A stretch of DNA of 64,000 bases from Eledone cirrhosa (GCA_964016885.1 OZ024740.1:108438001-108502000); one strand, 5' to 3'; shown: positions 1 through 16,026, counted from the first letter of the stretch. Notes: a model not told the origin generated them from the sequence alone. Numbers and translations: made by a program.

Positions 1-325
1 TAAATCTCCACTATAGTCATTGCTAATCTTAACTTTGCTAACTTGGTTAGCAAAGTACAGCTTTCACAAGCCATTCATCTACTCCTAGTTCTCTAAGAGC
101 CCACCAGATTATAGCACAGGGTCTCTGTTAAAGGCTTTCTCCAGATCGACGAATGCCAGGTAGAGTGGCTTACTTTTAGCTAGGTACTTTTCCTGTAACT
201 GCCTCACAAAGAAGAGAGCATCAGTGTTGCCTTTTCCTGGCACAAACCCAAATTGCATCTCATCTAGTTTCACCCGGTCCCTAATCCACTGTGCTATAAC
301 TCTTTCAGTTACTTTCATGACCTGT
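1..325 (-). mobile_element. RTE-type LINE reverse transcriptase fragment (relative of family A/B)
   Basis: ORF 109..363: [42 protein letters not shown], closely similar to the family A copies later in the window; abuts a different LINE at ~325. Confidence 0.85.
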
Positions 326-1941
326 TGTTGATGTTTCTTTTGAGAGGGCCCCGTTTGCTGCAACTGTCTGTCTTCTGTCCTTTAAGAAGTCATGCAGCCA
401 CTCACCTACTTTTCCAGTTATGCCGAGTCTCTGTAGTTTGTGACATATTCTGTGGTCGACCTTGTCAAAGGCCTTCGCAAAGTCAAGATATATCACATCC
501 ACATGTGCGCTGTCTAGCAGTTGTTTCAGTACCCAGTCATAGTGATGTAGCAGCTGTGTAAGGCAGCTTCTTCCTGGGCGAAAGCCATGCTGCGTGCTAG
601 TCAGGCGGTCATTTTCCTTGAGGAAAGTGATCAGTTTCTTTCTGATGATTCACTCCATGACCTTACTGATATGTGACGTCAGGGAGACTGGCCTATAGTT
701 TTTGGCCTCCACTCTGCTACCTCCTTTATGGATAGGGCATATCGTGCCTTCTTTCAGCTCCCTGGGTAGTCTACCGCTAGCCAAGGAGCTTCTGAAGAAC
801 ATTGTCAGTGGAGTTTCTAAGGCCCGCTTACATGTTTTTAAGAGAACTGCTGGGAATCCATCAGGTCCAGCAGCTGAGCCTGTTCTAATTTCATCTATGG
901 CGTATACCACATCCTCCTCCGTTATATCTATGTGGTTGATGGTCGCCATTTCTTCATGGAGTGTTGTGGCATCAGAGAAATCCTCTGGCTTTGTTATTTG
1001 CATGTGCCTCAGTGGACATGTGAACACACTTTGTACTGTTCGTTCAGTATTTCACTTATCTCTTGGTGATTCTCGGTTAATGAACCTTCTTTATGGAAGC
1101 CTGGCCCAATCTTGCAGTGTACCGAGGCAGTCTCTTTTGCAAATTTAAAGAAGGCCTTAGGGTTTGTTTTAATATTTTCTATGGCCCTGATTTCTTTCTT
1201 TGCCCTCTCATTTTCATTGGAAAGTTTGAGTGCAATCTCGATGTCAAGTAGTGCACGTTTCAAATAGGATTCCTTCTTGTTTTTGTTTTGTTGTTGTGCA
1301 TTCAGCTGGTTTGAGAGCTTAGTTATTCGTCTCATAAGGAATTTCCTATCTCTGGGAATAAGATTTTTGTGTCTGTTGGCCTTTTTCTCCGAGACAAACT
1401 TTTTGCATATAGTTTGTATTGTTGTCATGAAGCGTTGAAAATGTGTGTTGGTGTCTTGTGATGTGATGTTGTTGCTCCATATTTGCTTCCGGATTTCTCT
1501 CTTGATCTTTTTCCAGTTAGCCTTGCAGAAATTAAGGCTGGATAAGTTCCTGGTGCTTCTTGATGGTTGTGTCTCTGTTGATTCTCTCGGACCACATATA
1601 ATTGGTTCTACTAAGTTATGATCCGAGAAAATCGTTAGTGTCACCTTTACATCGTAGATGAGCACTGTGTTGTTTGTAAAACAGAGATCTAGGATATTCT
1701 CGCCTCTTGTTGGGAGAAGTACTGCTTATTCCATGAACAGCCTGTGTGTGAGGGCCAGCAGGGATTCCGTCTGTCTCTGTTCTAGTGATGTCATTCCAGG
1801 GAGGAGGTGGCCCTCAGGCCATTTGACATTTGGCAGGTTGAAGTCTCCCAGCAGTAGAATGTTGAGACCCTGGTCCAGTTTGTCAAGGACCTCTTCTATC
1901 CTACTGAGGCTATCCTCGAATTTATCCTCATGACTGGGGGC
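326..1941 (-). mobile_element. CR1/L2-group LINE ORF2 fragment (APE endonuclease C-half + RT N-half), frameshifted
   Basis: Minus-strand LGDFNLP (~1840), ILDLCF/SDH, AAGPDG, PIHKGG..NYRPVSLTS and YLDFAKAFDKVDH across ORFs 1009..1665, 650..1027 and 305..502. Confidence 0.9.
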
Positions 1942-2144
1942 ATATATATGTGTATATATACATGTATATATGTATATATATATATATATGTATATTTATA
2001 TGTATATATATATATATATATATGTATATTTATATATATATGTATATATATATATGTATTTATATGTATATATGTATATATATATATATATGTATATTTA
2101 TATATATATGTATATATATATGTATATATATGTATATATGTATA
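1942..2144. repeat. (TA)nTG microsatellite
   Basis: Direct inspection. Confidence 0.95.
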
Positions 2145-3198
2145 TGTTGAGTGAGATGGTTACCAGTCGGAGTTTAGCGTTAAGCTATCTCTGTTATTGT
2201 ATTAAATATGTTACTCTTGATTTGGCCAGAGGTATTTATTTCCAGGTACCTTATAAGTGACTTTCCGTATTTGTTACTGTTGTGAGATATGGAGGTTTTT
2301 TGGTTGTCACTTCTCTGTTTTTAGCCTAAGAAAATATATATATGCGTGTGTAAATAATTACATGCATACATTTATTTTTTTTAATTAATTGAGTTCTTAA
2401 CACGTGGAATTGATAATAGTTTTAAATAACTAATTAACCCGCGTGTGTTAAATATTTTACTCTTAATTTGGCCAGAGATTTACATTCCCAATTGCTTTTA
2501 AAGCGTAACCTTCCGTATTTGCTGCGGTGATGTGATGCGGTTCGTTATTCTGGTATCACTTCTGTTTTTAGCCTAAGAAAATATCTATATGCTTGTGTAA
2601 TTAATACACGCATACATTTATTTTTTTTAATTTCAATTGAGTTCTTAACACATTGGATTGATAATGTTTTTGAAAAAACTAATTAACCCGAGTGTATATT
2701 ATTTTTTTCTTTTCTCGTGTATTGTGCTTGTCTCCCCTTCCCGCTTCGTGACGCTATTAAACTTCCTCAGTCAAAAGACTGCTGATATTTCAAATTTGGT
2801 GGTCATTCGATGCGTGAGGGAGCAGCTTAGCAGACACGATTTTTAACTGCGGTAAGAATTTTTTCTTATATCAAGGTTTAATGGGCTTCCACTGAAGATT
2901 TATAAGTGCCCACCTAAATATATTCTTACATGAATATATGTTAGGCTTCTACATAAACTGGAAACATTCTACCAACTTGTAGAAAACTTATAATGAAACA
3001 ATTGTTTGGAAAGAGAGATATATTTTAACTTTAATTATATCTCATAAAATAATACAACTGGCTTTCCACAAAATACATATAGTTAGCACCCCAAACACTT
3101 AAATTGGGTTATACTAACATATAACCTAATGTTTGTTGAGTGAGATGGTTACCAGTCGGAGTTTAGCGTTAAGCTATCTCTGTTATTGTATTAAATAT
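2145..3198 (+). mobile_element. Non-coding ~989-bp unit with 65-bp terminal direct repeat, inserted in a TA tract (Penelope-derived/retrozyme-like)
   Basis: TGTTGAGTGAGATGG...ATTAAATAT at 2145-2209 and 3134-3198; internal diverged ~245-bp tandem duplication (2211-2456/2457-2700); degenerate hammerhead-like motif at 2885-2985. Confidence 0.55.
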
Positions 3199-3245
3199 AT
3201 ATGTATATTTATATATATATATATGTATATGTATATATGTATATG

Positions 3246-3294
<49 letters not shown>

Positions 3295-3480
3295 GTATAT
3301 ATATATAATATATGTATATATATATAATATATGTATATATATATAATATATGTATATATATATAATATATGTATATATGTATATATAATATATGTATATA
3401 TATATAATATATGTATATATATATATATGTATATGTATATATATATAATATATGTATATATATAAAATATGTGTATATAT

Positions 3481-6046
3481 CATCATCATCATCATCATCA
3501 TCAACGTTTAACGTCCGTGTTCCACGCTTGCATGGGTTTGGACGGGGGTAGTCCCACTTGAGGCAAGAGTGATTGTCTTGCTCGCATAGGACTGTCTGGC
3601 AGGTTTTCTACAGTTGGATGCCCTTCCTAACACCAACCACATTTACAGTGTGGGTCTGGGAGGTTTTTACCGTGTTGCCTACACGGCCACATTACAGCGT
3701 GGACTGTGTGTTTTTTTGTCGTGACACCTACACGATCTCATTTGTTTCGGCCTCGATGGCGCGGCACCAACATAACTTTACATAGAACGGGGTGGTGTGG
3801 ATGGGGTGGGGGTGGGGGTGGTGGGACGGGGTGTATTTTGTTAGAGATGCCTACTGGCTGGAGTAGGTTTTACTATATATTTAGGTAAGGCGGGTCTTCT
3901 CTGTTACTGAGTACCGCCAAAGGTCTCGGTCCAGTGACATTGTCTTGGAGAGGTGTAAGTGTGTGATGTCGGAGTTTATCAGCTCGTCCCAGGTTTTTCT
4001 AGGTCTGCCTATTCCGTGACTACCGTCTATCTTTATTGCCCTGCACTTTGTTATACAGCTATCGACTTTCATGCGCATCACGTGTCCATACCAACGTAGC
4101 CTTCTCTCGAGTAAACAACATCTGATCCCTCTTATCTCTAATTTTTTCCTTAGTTCGTTTATGCTTTGCCGTTCACGTATATTACTGTTACACATCCAGC
4201 GGAGCATGCAAGCTTCGTTCCTCTCTAGTCTGCGTATATCCTCTGCACACAATGCCCAGGTCTCACTGCCATGCAGCATTGCTGTTCGTATGCAGGCATC
4301 GTACAACCTGCCTTTCATTTTTAGTGAGAACCCTTTAGCAGCTAATAGTGGTATAAGCTCTCTGAACTTTTTCCAACCAGTTCTGACTCTAGCTACAGTA
4401 CTTTCAGAGCACCCTCCCCCACTGCTGATTTTATCGCCCAGGTAACGGAAGCTGTCCACTATTTCTATAGAACCCTCTGCGCAATTGAAAGAGCTAGTAG
4501 TTTGTGGGCACTTGCTGCTACTTATTGCACCAGAGCACCGGCCACATGTAAAATCTATGTTCTTAGTTAGCTTACCTGTGATCCCACTACATCTTTTATG
4601 CACCCATACTTTGCATTTAGGACATAAAATGGAGTTTCTACCTACGCCTTTCCTACACACCGAGCACGACCATTTCCCAGAAGGGACCGCCGCCTTGTTT
4701 TCTTTCCTACAAACTAGTACTTTGGTCTTAGCCAGGTTAATTTTAAGTCCTTTTGACTCTAGGCCGTGCTTCCATGTTTGGAATTTCTTCTCTAGCTCGG
4801 CCATTGATTCTGCTATGAGTGTCAGGTCGTCTGCGTATAGGAGTTCCCATGGGCAGCCTGTCTTGAACTCCTCTGTTATAGCCTGAAGGGCAATAATAAA
4901 TAGTAGTGGGCTGAGAACAGAGCCCTGATGGACGCCAACTTTTACGCTAAACTCTTCACTATATTCGTTGTTAATTCTAACCTTGCTGACTGTTTCTTTA
5001 TACATGGCTTGTATAGCCCTCACAAGCCATTCGTCAACGCCTAGTTTTCTAAGAGCCCACCAGATAATGGAGCGGGGGACTCTGTCGAAGGCTTTCTCCA
5101 AGTCGACAAAAGCTAAGTAGAGGGGTTTACCTTTAGCTAGGTACTTCTCCTGTAGTTGTCGTACTATGAAAAGAGCGTCTGTGGTACTTTTGCCTGACAC
5201 AAACCCGAACTGCATTTCATCTAGGTCAATTCTCTCTCTGATTAGTTGCGCTATTACTTTTTCCGTGACCTTCATGACCTGGTCGATTAATTTAATGCCT
5301 CTATAGTTACTCCTATCTAGGGCGTCTCCTTTACCCTTATAACAGTTAACGATGATGATGCTATGCCAGTCCTTCGGAACAACCCCATTCTGTACGACTT
5401 GGTTAACTATGCGGGTGACCATGGTGTGTCCCACCGTGCCAGATGCCTTCAGCATCTCAGCAACTATTTCCGAAGGCCCAGCCGCCTTACCCGTCTTCAT
5501 ATCCTTGATTGCCTTACTTATTATACTCCCCTCGACTAACACTGCTGGTCCCTCTATTGGGTCAATATGGGGGAGACTGCCTTTCTCCCAATTATTCTCC
5601 TCATTTAGTAGCCTTTCATAGTGACACTTCCAAGCTACCTTCTTATCAGCGTCGGTGATGGCAAGTGTGCCATCGTCGTTTAGTACACACTTCTCCCCGA
5701 CAATATCACGGTTTTCCTTGACGCATTGCCTAGCAATCCTGAACACCTCACGTTTTTGGTCATCGCGTTGTAGAACATGCTTGAACTTTCTTTCCTCAGC
5801 TTCCCTTCTTGCTAAGTACACTTGTCTCCTAGCTTCCCTCCTGGCCACTTGATAGTCCTCTCTACTTCCCCCATCCTGCCATACTTTCCAAGCCTGCTTT
5901 TTGGCCTTAATTGACCCCTCCACCTTACTGTTCCACCACCATGTTACTCTCCTCCTGCCTACAGGCCTGCTCCAGCCACAGACTTCGTCTGTTGCCAACA
6001 GCAGGTTTGCTTTCAGAAATTCCCACTCTCCCTCTATATTGTCCAT
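3481..6046 (-). mobile_element. RTE-type LINE family A, 5'-truncated, with (GAT)n tail
   Basis: Open frame 3881..6046, 3'UTR 3504-3880, (CAT)n at 3481-3503 on the plus strand; flanked by TA repeats. Confidence 0.95.
3881..6046 (-). CDS. Non-LTR reverse transcriptase (5'-truncated) with inserted PHD-type finger
   Basis: [68 protein letters not shown]. Confidence 0.85.
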   Translation of the reverse strand: MDNIEGEWEFLKANLLLATDEVCGWSRPVGRRRVTWWWNSKVEGSIKAKKQAWKVWQDGGSREDYQVARREARRQVYLARREAEERKFKHVLQRDDQKREVFRIARQCVKENRDIVGEKCVLNDDGTLAITDADKKVAWKCHYERLLNEENNWEKGSLPHIDPIEGPAVLVEGSIISKAIKDMKTGKAAGPSEIVAEMLKASGTVGHTMVTRIVNQVVQNGVVPKDWHSIIIVNCYKGKGDALDRSNYRGIKLIDQVMKVTEKVIAQLIRERIDLDEMQFGFVSGKSTTDALFIVRQLQEKYLAKGKPLYLAFVDLEKAFDRVPRSIIWWALRKLGVDEWLVRAIQAMYKETVSKVRINNEYSEEFSVKVGVHQGSVLSPLLFIIALQAITEEFKTGCPWELLYADDLTLIAESMAELEKKFQTWKHGLESKGLKINLAKTKVLVCRKENKAAVPSGKWSCSVCRKGVGRNSILCPKCKVWVHKRCSGITGKLTKNIDFTCGRCSGAISSSKCPQTTSSFNCAEGSIEIVDSFRYLGDKISSGGGCSESTVARVRTGWKKFRELIPLLAAKGFSLKMKGRLYDACIRTAMLHGSETWALCAEDIRRLERNEACMLRWMCNSNIRERQSINELRKKLEIRGIRCCLLERRLRWYGHVMRMKVDSCITKCRAIKIDGSHGIGRPRKTWDELINSDITHLHLSKTMSLDRDLWRYSVTEKTRLT

Positions 6047-6053
6047 ATATGTA

Positions 6054-6970
6054 TGGGAGGGCCCTGTAGAAACAGTAGACAGCTTCTGCTACCTAGGTGA
6101 CCGAATTAGCAACGGAGGTGGGTGCTCAGAAAGTACAATAACTAGGGTAAGAACGGGATGGAAGAAGTTTAGGGAACTACTACCACTGCTAGCTGCAAAA
6201 GGCTTCTCCCTCAGAATGAAAGGCAGACTGTATGATGCGTGTATCCGAACAGCGATGTTGCATGGTAGTGAGACCTGGGCGCTGAAGGTGGAAGACTTAC
6301 GTAGATTAGAGAGAAACGAAGCCTGCATGCTCCGATGGATGTGTAACAGTAATATACGTGAACGACAAAGCATAAATGAATTGAGAGAGAGACTGAGCAT
6401 AAGAGGAATCAAATGCTGCGTGCAGGAGAGGCGGTTACGCTGGTATGGACATGTGATGCGTATGAAGGATGACAGCTGCATAAAAAGGTGCAGAGCACTA
6501 GAAGTTGATGGAAACCGCGGAGTGGGGAGACCCAAGATGACTTGGGATGAGGTGATAAAAGCCGACCTTACCCAACTACACCTCTCAAAGTCAATGACAC
6601 ACGACCGTGACTTCTGGCGTCACGCAGTAATACAGGGTACCCGACCTCCCATGGGTACATGCTGAAGCATATAAACAATATGCCCCCCCCCCCCCACCGC
6701 AAGGTGGTCGTGGAGGTGCCACGGCAAAAAAGCACCCAGCCCACACTGTAAAGTGGACGTGTAGGCGCCACGAAAAAGCACCCAGCACTCACTGTAAATG
6801 AGGTTGGTGTTAGGAAGGGCATCCAGCTGTAGAAATCAAGCCAGATCAGTTCCTGTATGAGCAAGGCATGGTCAGCCGACCAGACACTGCCCACAACAGG
6901 ACAACCCGTCTAACCCATGCTAGCGTGGAAGAACGGACGTAAAACGGTGATGATGATGATGATGATGATG
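6054..6970 (+). mobile_element. RTE-type LINE family B, 3' fragment with (GAT)n tail
   Basis: [23 protein letters not shown] in ORF 5901..6665; 3'UTR differs from family A; (GAT)n at ~6948-6970. Confidence 0.9.
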
Positions 6971-7002
<32 letters not shown>

Positions 7003-7053
7003 ATATATGTATATATATGTATACATATGTATATATATATATGTATATATATG

Positions 7054-7086
<33 letters not shown>

Positions 7087-7149
7087 GTATATGTATATAA
7101 ATTAGTTTTGCGAGGTTTTTTATATGTAATCGTGTGTCGAAACAGATAT

Positions 7150-7652
7150 TGTTATATTTGGGGATAAATACATACACAAGCACATAAACACACACTAGTC
7201 ACCCAGCAGACACAACACTATACACACTAGTCACACATCACACATAACACTATACACACACGCAAACGCATGCGCAAAGAAGACAAAATAAAATAAGATA
7301 AACAAACAAGCAAATAAATAAATAAATATATAGAGAGACTGAACAAAAAAATGGCGTAGACATACAACACAACAGGAGGAACAATGAATATAACACCACT
7401 GACGATGTTGCAGATGTGCAACGAAAGATTTATGTAAATTATGTAAACTATATATATGTGTTTGTGTCTATATTGTATCTGTATTATTTTTGACCGCCGG
7501 TCAGTCAATGGCAACATTGAGGACCGAGTAAGTTAGATCGCAGATATATATATATAAAAGACAGCGAGAAGCGAAAACCAACCAAACAGTGAGTGTGTTC
7601 TGTTATTAATTCTGGCAATATTACGCAAATATGACCCTCCCCAAATATAACA
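7150..7652. mobile_element. 503-bp TG...CA element with perfect 15-bp terminal inverted repeats and ATAT flanks (solo LTR or Ginger-like MITE)
   Basis: TGTTATATTTGGGGA at 7150 and TCCCCAAATATAACA ending at 7652; ATAT on both sides; TATAAAAG at ~7553; partial inverted copy at 31075-31152. Confidence 0.65.
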
Positions 7653-7970
7653 ATATATGTATATATATATATGTATATGTATATATATGTATATATATAT
7701 GTATATGTATATATATGTATATATATATGTATATGTATATATATGTATATGTATATATATGTATATATATGTATATGTATATATATGTATATATATATAT
7801 ATATATGTATATGTATATGTATGTATATGTATATATATGTATATATATGTATATATGTATATGTATATATATATATGTATATGTATATATATGTATATAC
7901 AACTTTTTCAAATACAAGTCGATGTTGAACGGTATGTCAAATCTATTTATCTATAAAACTGTCTATATTG

Positions 7971-8036
7971 TATTTTGTCTGAAGAAGGCATAACATATTG
8001 TTAATATTATATCCCTGAAATATATATAATGAAATA
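7971..8036 (+). ncRNA. Putative minimal type I hammerhead ribozyme
   Basis: Stem I TATTTTGT/ATGAAATA (2 G-U pairs), CTGAAGA, stem II AGG..ATAA..TTAT..CCT, GAAA, palindromic TATATA stem III, AUA cleavage triplet; TATAAAA ~20 nt upstream. Confidence 0.55.
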
Positions 8037-8093
8037 AATATGGTTTTATAAATATAGTTTCCATTTATTTAATATCGTATATATATGTATATC

Positions 8094-8148
8094 TGTTAGA
8101 ACACGAAAAGTGTGAAACAACAGAATGTTCACTTTTCGTGTTCTAACA
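8094..8148. repeat. Short inverted repeat (19-bp arms)
   Basis: TGTTAGAACACGAAAAGTG ... CACTTTTCGTGTTCTAACA. Confidence 0.85.
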
Positions 8149-8845
8149 TATATGCGTAGCTTCTTAAAAAATTTTTCGGGGATAGCCGTGGTGGTGGTGA
8201 TCGTATGTCATTGGCTAATTTTCAACCAATCAGAGTACCTCTCTCTATATCTCTTCCACTGTTACTTACGCCTGTTTCTCTCTATCTGTTCCGTCTCTAT
8301 ATATATCTCTTACTCTTTCGCTTTGCACTCCTCCCCTTCAATACCATCTCTCCCCCTCTCTATATATTTGTTACTCTATCGCTGCACGCTCCTCTCCTTC
8401 AATATATCAATTACACCCGCTTTACACTCCTTTATCCCCAGCACCCCTATATATACAACCCCCCCCCCCTCTCCCGCATCTATATTTTAATGTACCGTTG
8501 CACCGTGAATATATGTGTCTATATATATATATACATATATATTGTATATACACATTCATGTATGTGTATACACACTCATGTATGTATATACACTGGTTTT
8601 ATGTGTGTATTGTGAATTTGTACTGTTAAAACACGAAACTAACATTCGATTGACACTTTGATTACCTGTACAGGCAATAGTTATTAGAATGCTGTTGAAG
8701 TGTGTATATATTTTGGGGGGACATCCTGTATATACACACATTATATATAATACAATAAACAGATAAATACACACATATATATATGAGCTTATTTAATTAT
8801 AAATATTGTGAATTTTTAACTCGGTTCAATTATATATATAAATGG

Positions 8846-8890
8846 TTTCTACAGGACTAGAACTGTTTCATTCGAAAGAAATCATCATAA
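8846..8890 (-). ncRNA. Degenerate relic of the Penelope hammerhead (C3 mutated, stem I lost)
   Basis: Minus strand ATGATGATTTCTTTCGAATGAAACAGTTCTAGTCCTGTAGAA, matching the 31696 motif except for the core C and loop II. Confidence 0.7.
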
Positions 8891-9927
8891 TATTGAGAGG
8901 GGGGACTAGATAAAATATTTCAAATCAAATGTGTATAAGTTATAAGTTAAAATGTATAAATAGAGACGATAGTGGAGGTATATCTGTTTAGTGGAACAGT
9001 AGACGATAGAATTAAATACAGACGATAATCTCCCTTTAATGAAACAGCAGACGATAGAATTAAGGCAATTTAAATTTTAAGCATTTGCATTTTTGCCTTT
9101 CATCGTTACGGGGTCGATAAAATAGAGTACCAGTAATACACTGTCACTAGACGACTTTCAAATTGAATTGTTGGTTCCATTTCTTTAGTATTTTCAATTG
9201 TAGTTATCTACTTAAAAAGCGTTACACGGTTAGAGACATAATTCGTAAGTTATATCTTCCCTATTAAACCATTGCATTATTTCGCCTACAATAGAACAAA
9301 AATGAAATGTTCTTTAAAGAAACAGGAATATAACTTTATAAAAAAAAAAGTTGCATACGCTTCTTTTATCATTGATAATTTTTTCGTTTTAATATTAATT
9401 GTTTTTTGTAGTTGTTTATATTAAAAATCTTACTGTAATATTTACTTAAACGAAGGCAAACATCTAAACTTATAGATTAATCTTGAGCGAAGGACTAGAT
9501 AAATCTCTCTCCCTCTCTCTCTCTATATATATATATATAAACGAAGAATGATAAAATTTCAAGCAAAGAGTTTAATTAGGTATATTTTGTAATATTATTA
9601 ACTAATTATTATAATTAACGCGCATATTTTGCTATCCTCAAACACGTTTACACATGGCATGAAATATAACTAATCCGAGATGGCTAGGTTTCATCTTCTA
9701 ACTGGATATACGAAATCCATTATGTCTTGACAACAACATGAGGTAACATTATGTTATTCACAGACACACTTTGTACACTGTTCCATATCAGAATGTATTT
9801 CCTTCGTCACATTCACAAACAGTATTGAAAATATGTTCTTCGGCAGATAAAAATGTTTTGTTCATAATATTTCAACTAGCGATTGCTCTACTCCACGCAC
9901 GACCACCATAAATTAATGACCAGCTCA

Positions 9928-10100
9928 ACACAAGTATTGGTAGAGCGTCAGACACCATGCTTTGCAGTATTGTTATGGTCCTTTGCATTCTAAGTTCAAA
10001 TCCTGCCGAGGTTAACTTCGACTTTCATACTTACTAATTCGATAAAATAAAGTACCAGTAATGGACTGCCGTAATGGATTTGTGCCGAAAAATAGAAACA
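9928..10100 (+). mobile_element. Old tRNA-derived SINE with Nin/Deu-like central domain
   Basis: B-box AGTTCAAATCC followed by CTTTCAT...TCGATAAAATAAAGTACCAG; similar copies at ~9090, 57085 and 57484. Confidence 0.65.
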
Positions 10101-10656
10101 CTATTAATGTGCAATAAGAGCAAAATATAACGACATTGCTCAATTATTTTATCTAATGTTGTAATAACACAAGGAAATGTTGTTTGTGTATTTTTTTTTA
10201 TATTTGCTCATAGGCTTTTACAATTTCGCTCAGCCAACAACTATTAAAAAGTGAGTTGCTTAAGATAACAATTTAATCACAAATTGTTGCTATCTTTTAA
10301 TACACTCCAACAAGTCATCAAATTATGTACAATAAAAACAAATCTTATTAATTTGCTCAGGGAATATAAAGAAAATGTATATACACTGATAATTGCAATT
10401 GTATGTAAATATTTTGTTTTTGTATTGTATATTTTATGTTTTCTATTATGTATAATATATTGATTTAATATTGATTGTTTTTTGTAGTTGTTTATATTAA
10501 AAGTCTGAAAATATTTTTATACATCTTACACTAATATTTATAAGATAATTTATAATAACAATTACATAATCTAATTACATTACAACGATAATTTATTATT
10601 AATATATATCCTGTTTAACTAGAGTTATTACAAGCGTTGCCTTAAAAAAATATTAA

Positions 10657-11612
10657 ACTAGACATGAAAAATGCGCAAGCTCAAAAGTGCCACAGAATGT
10701 TATAATAAACCTTCAAAAGTGTGGGACTAGAGTTGTTGCTAAAAAATATTGTAATCATTATATATCGTACATTCTGTGGCATCCTTTATAAAAATAGCTT
10801 AAACCAACGAAGCCTTTATTTTTACGCTATTTCACTTAGTTAATTCTTAGAGTGTAACATATAAAAATAAATACATCTATGTTTAATGTAATAACAGCTA
10901 TAAATAATTACGTAATATTATTATCATATACTCATAGTAACAAAATAATTGTGTTGAAACTTAATATGATGCTTATATGAACGATCAAATCTATAATGAT
11001 AATTTCTTAAATATACTAATAGTAAAATAATTTAGTTATCTATTGTTACATTTTCATAGAACTATAATATTAACAATCGTATTGCATTATCAAATTTTTA
11101 TCACTACAAACTTTCATATTGGAATTACCTTAAGCCACTTATTATTACTTCGCTTTCGTACTTTTACAGCTGTAGATATTGCGCTGTATCTTATATCTAA
11201 TATCAATATCTCGTGGTAATTTGCATGAAGTGTAAAATAGGTTTATTAATAACTTTAATATGAAATGTATTATACATGGCTGCGGAGTCGGCCAAAAATT
11301 GACTGGCTCCAACTCAGGATCCGATACTCCATTATTTCCTAAATTTCAGCTCCGCAGCTCTGTTATTATATTAATTAATTTATTTTATAGTTGTAAATGA
11401 TATTTTTATATGTTACACTCTAAGAATTAACTAAGTGAAATAGCGTAAAAATAAAGGCTTCGTTGGTTTAAGCTATTTTTATAAAGGATGCCACAGAATG
11501 TACGATATATAATGATTACAATATTTTTTAGCAACAACTCTAGTCCACACTTTTGAAGGTTTATTATAACATTCTGTGGCACTTTTGAGCTTGCGCATTT
11601 TTCATGTCTAGT
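10657..11612. repeat. Long inverted repeat (~212-bp arms, ~530-bp spacer)
   Basis: 10657-10869 is the near-perfect reverse complement of 11401-11612. Confidence 0.9.
11275..11362. mobile_element. Small MITE, possibly hAT-like
   Basis: CATGGCTGCGGAG...CTCCGCAGCTCTG termini; flanks GTATTATA/TTATTATA resemble an 8-bp target site duplication (TSD). Confidence 0.5.
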
Positions 11613-15586
<3,974 letters not shown>

Positions 15587-15866
15587 TCGAGGCCGAAACA
15601 AATGAGATCGTGTAGGTGTCACGACAAAAAAACACACAGTCCACGCTGTAATGTGGCCGTGTAGGCAACACGGTAAAAACCTCCCAGACCCACACTGTAA
15701 ATGTGGTTGGTGTTAGGAAGGGCATCCAACTGTAGAAACCTGCCAGACAGTCCTATGCGAGCAAGACAATCACTCTTGCCTCAAGTGGGACTATCCCCGT
15801 CCAAACCCATGCAAGCGTGGAACACGGACGTTAAACGTTGATGATGATGATGATGATGATGATGAT
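15587..15866 (+). mobile_element. RTE family A 3'UTR-only insertion with (GAT)n tail
   Basis: Reverse complement of 3481-3756. Confidence 0.9.
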
Positions 15867-16026
15867 ATATATATATATGTGTATATATATATGTATATAT
15901 ATATATGTATATATATGTATATATATATATGTATATATATATATGTATATATATGTATATATATATATATATGTATATATGTATATATATATATGTATAT
16001 ATATATATATGTATATTATATATATG

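Noticed and set aside
4071-5852. Antisense ORFs overlapping LINE and Penelope coding regions
   Set aside because: Shadow frames of RT genes; they recur only because the elements are repeated.
5901-6665. 254-aa novel fusion protein
   Set aside because: Chance read-through from antisense family A into a truncated family B frame.
8665-8732. Tc1/mariner-like terminal repeat (GGGACATCCTGTA)
   Set aside because: Only one end is recognisable; no matching TIR or transposase.
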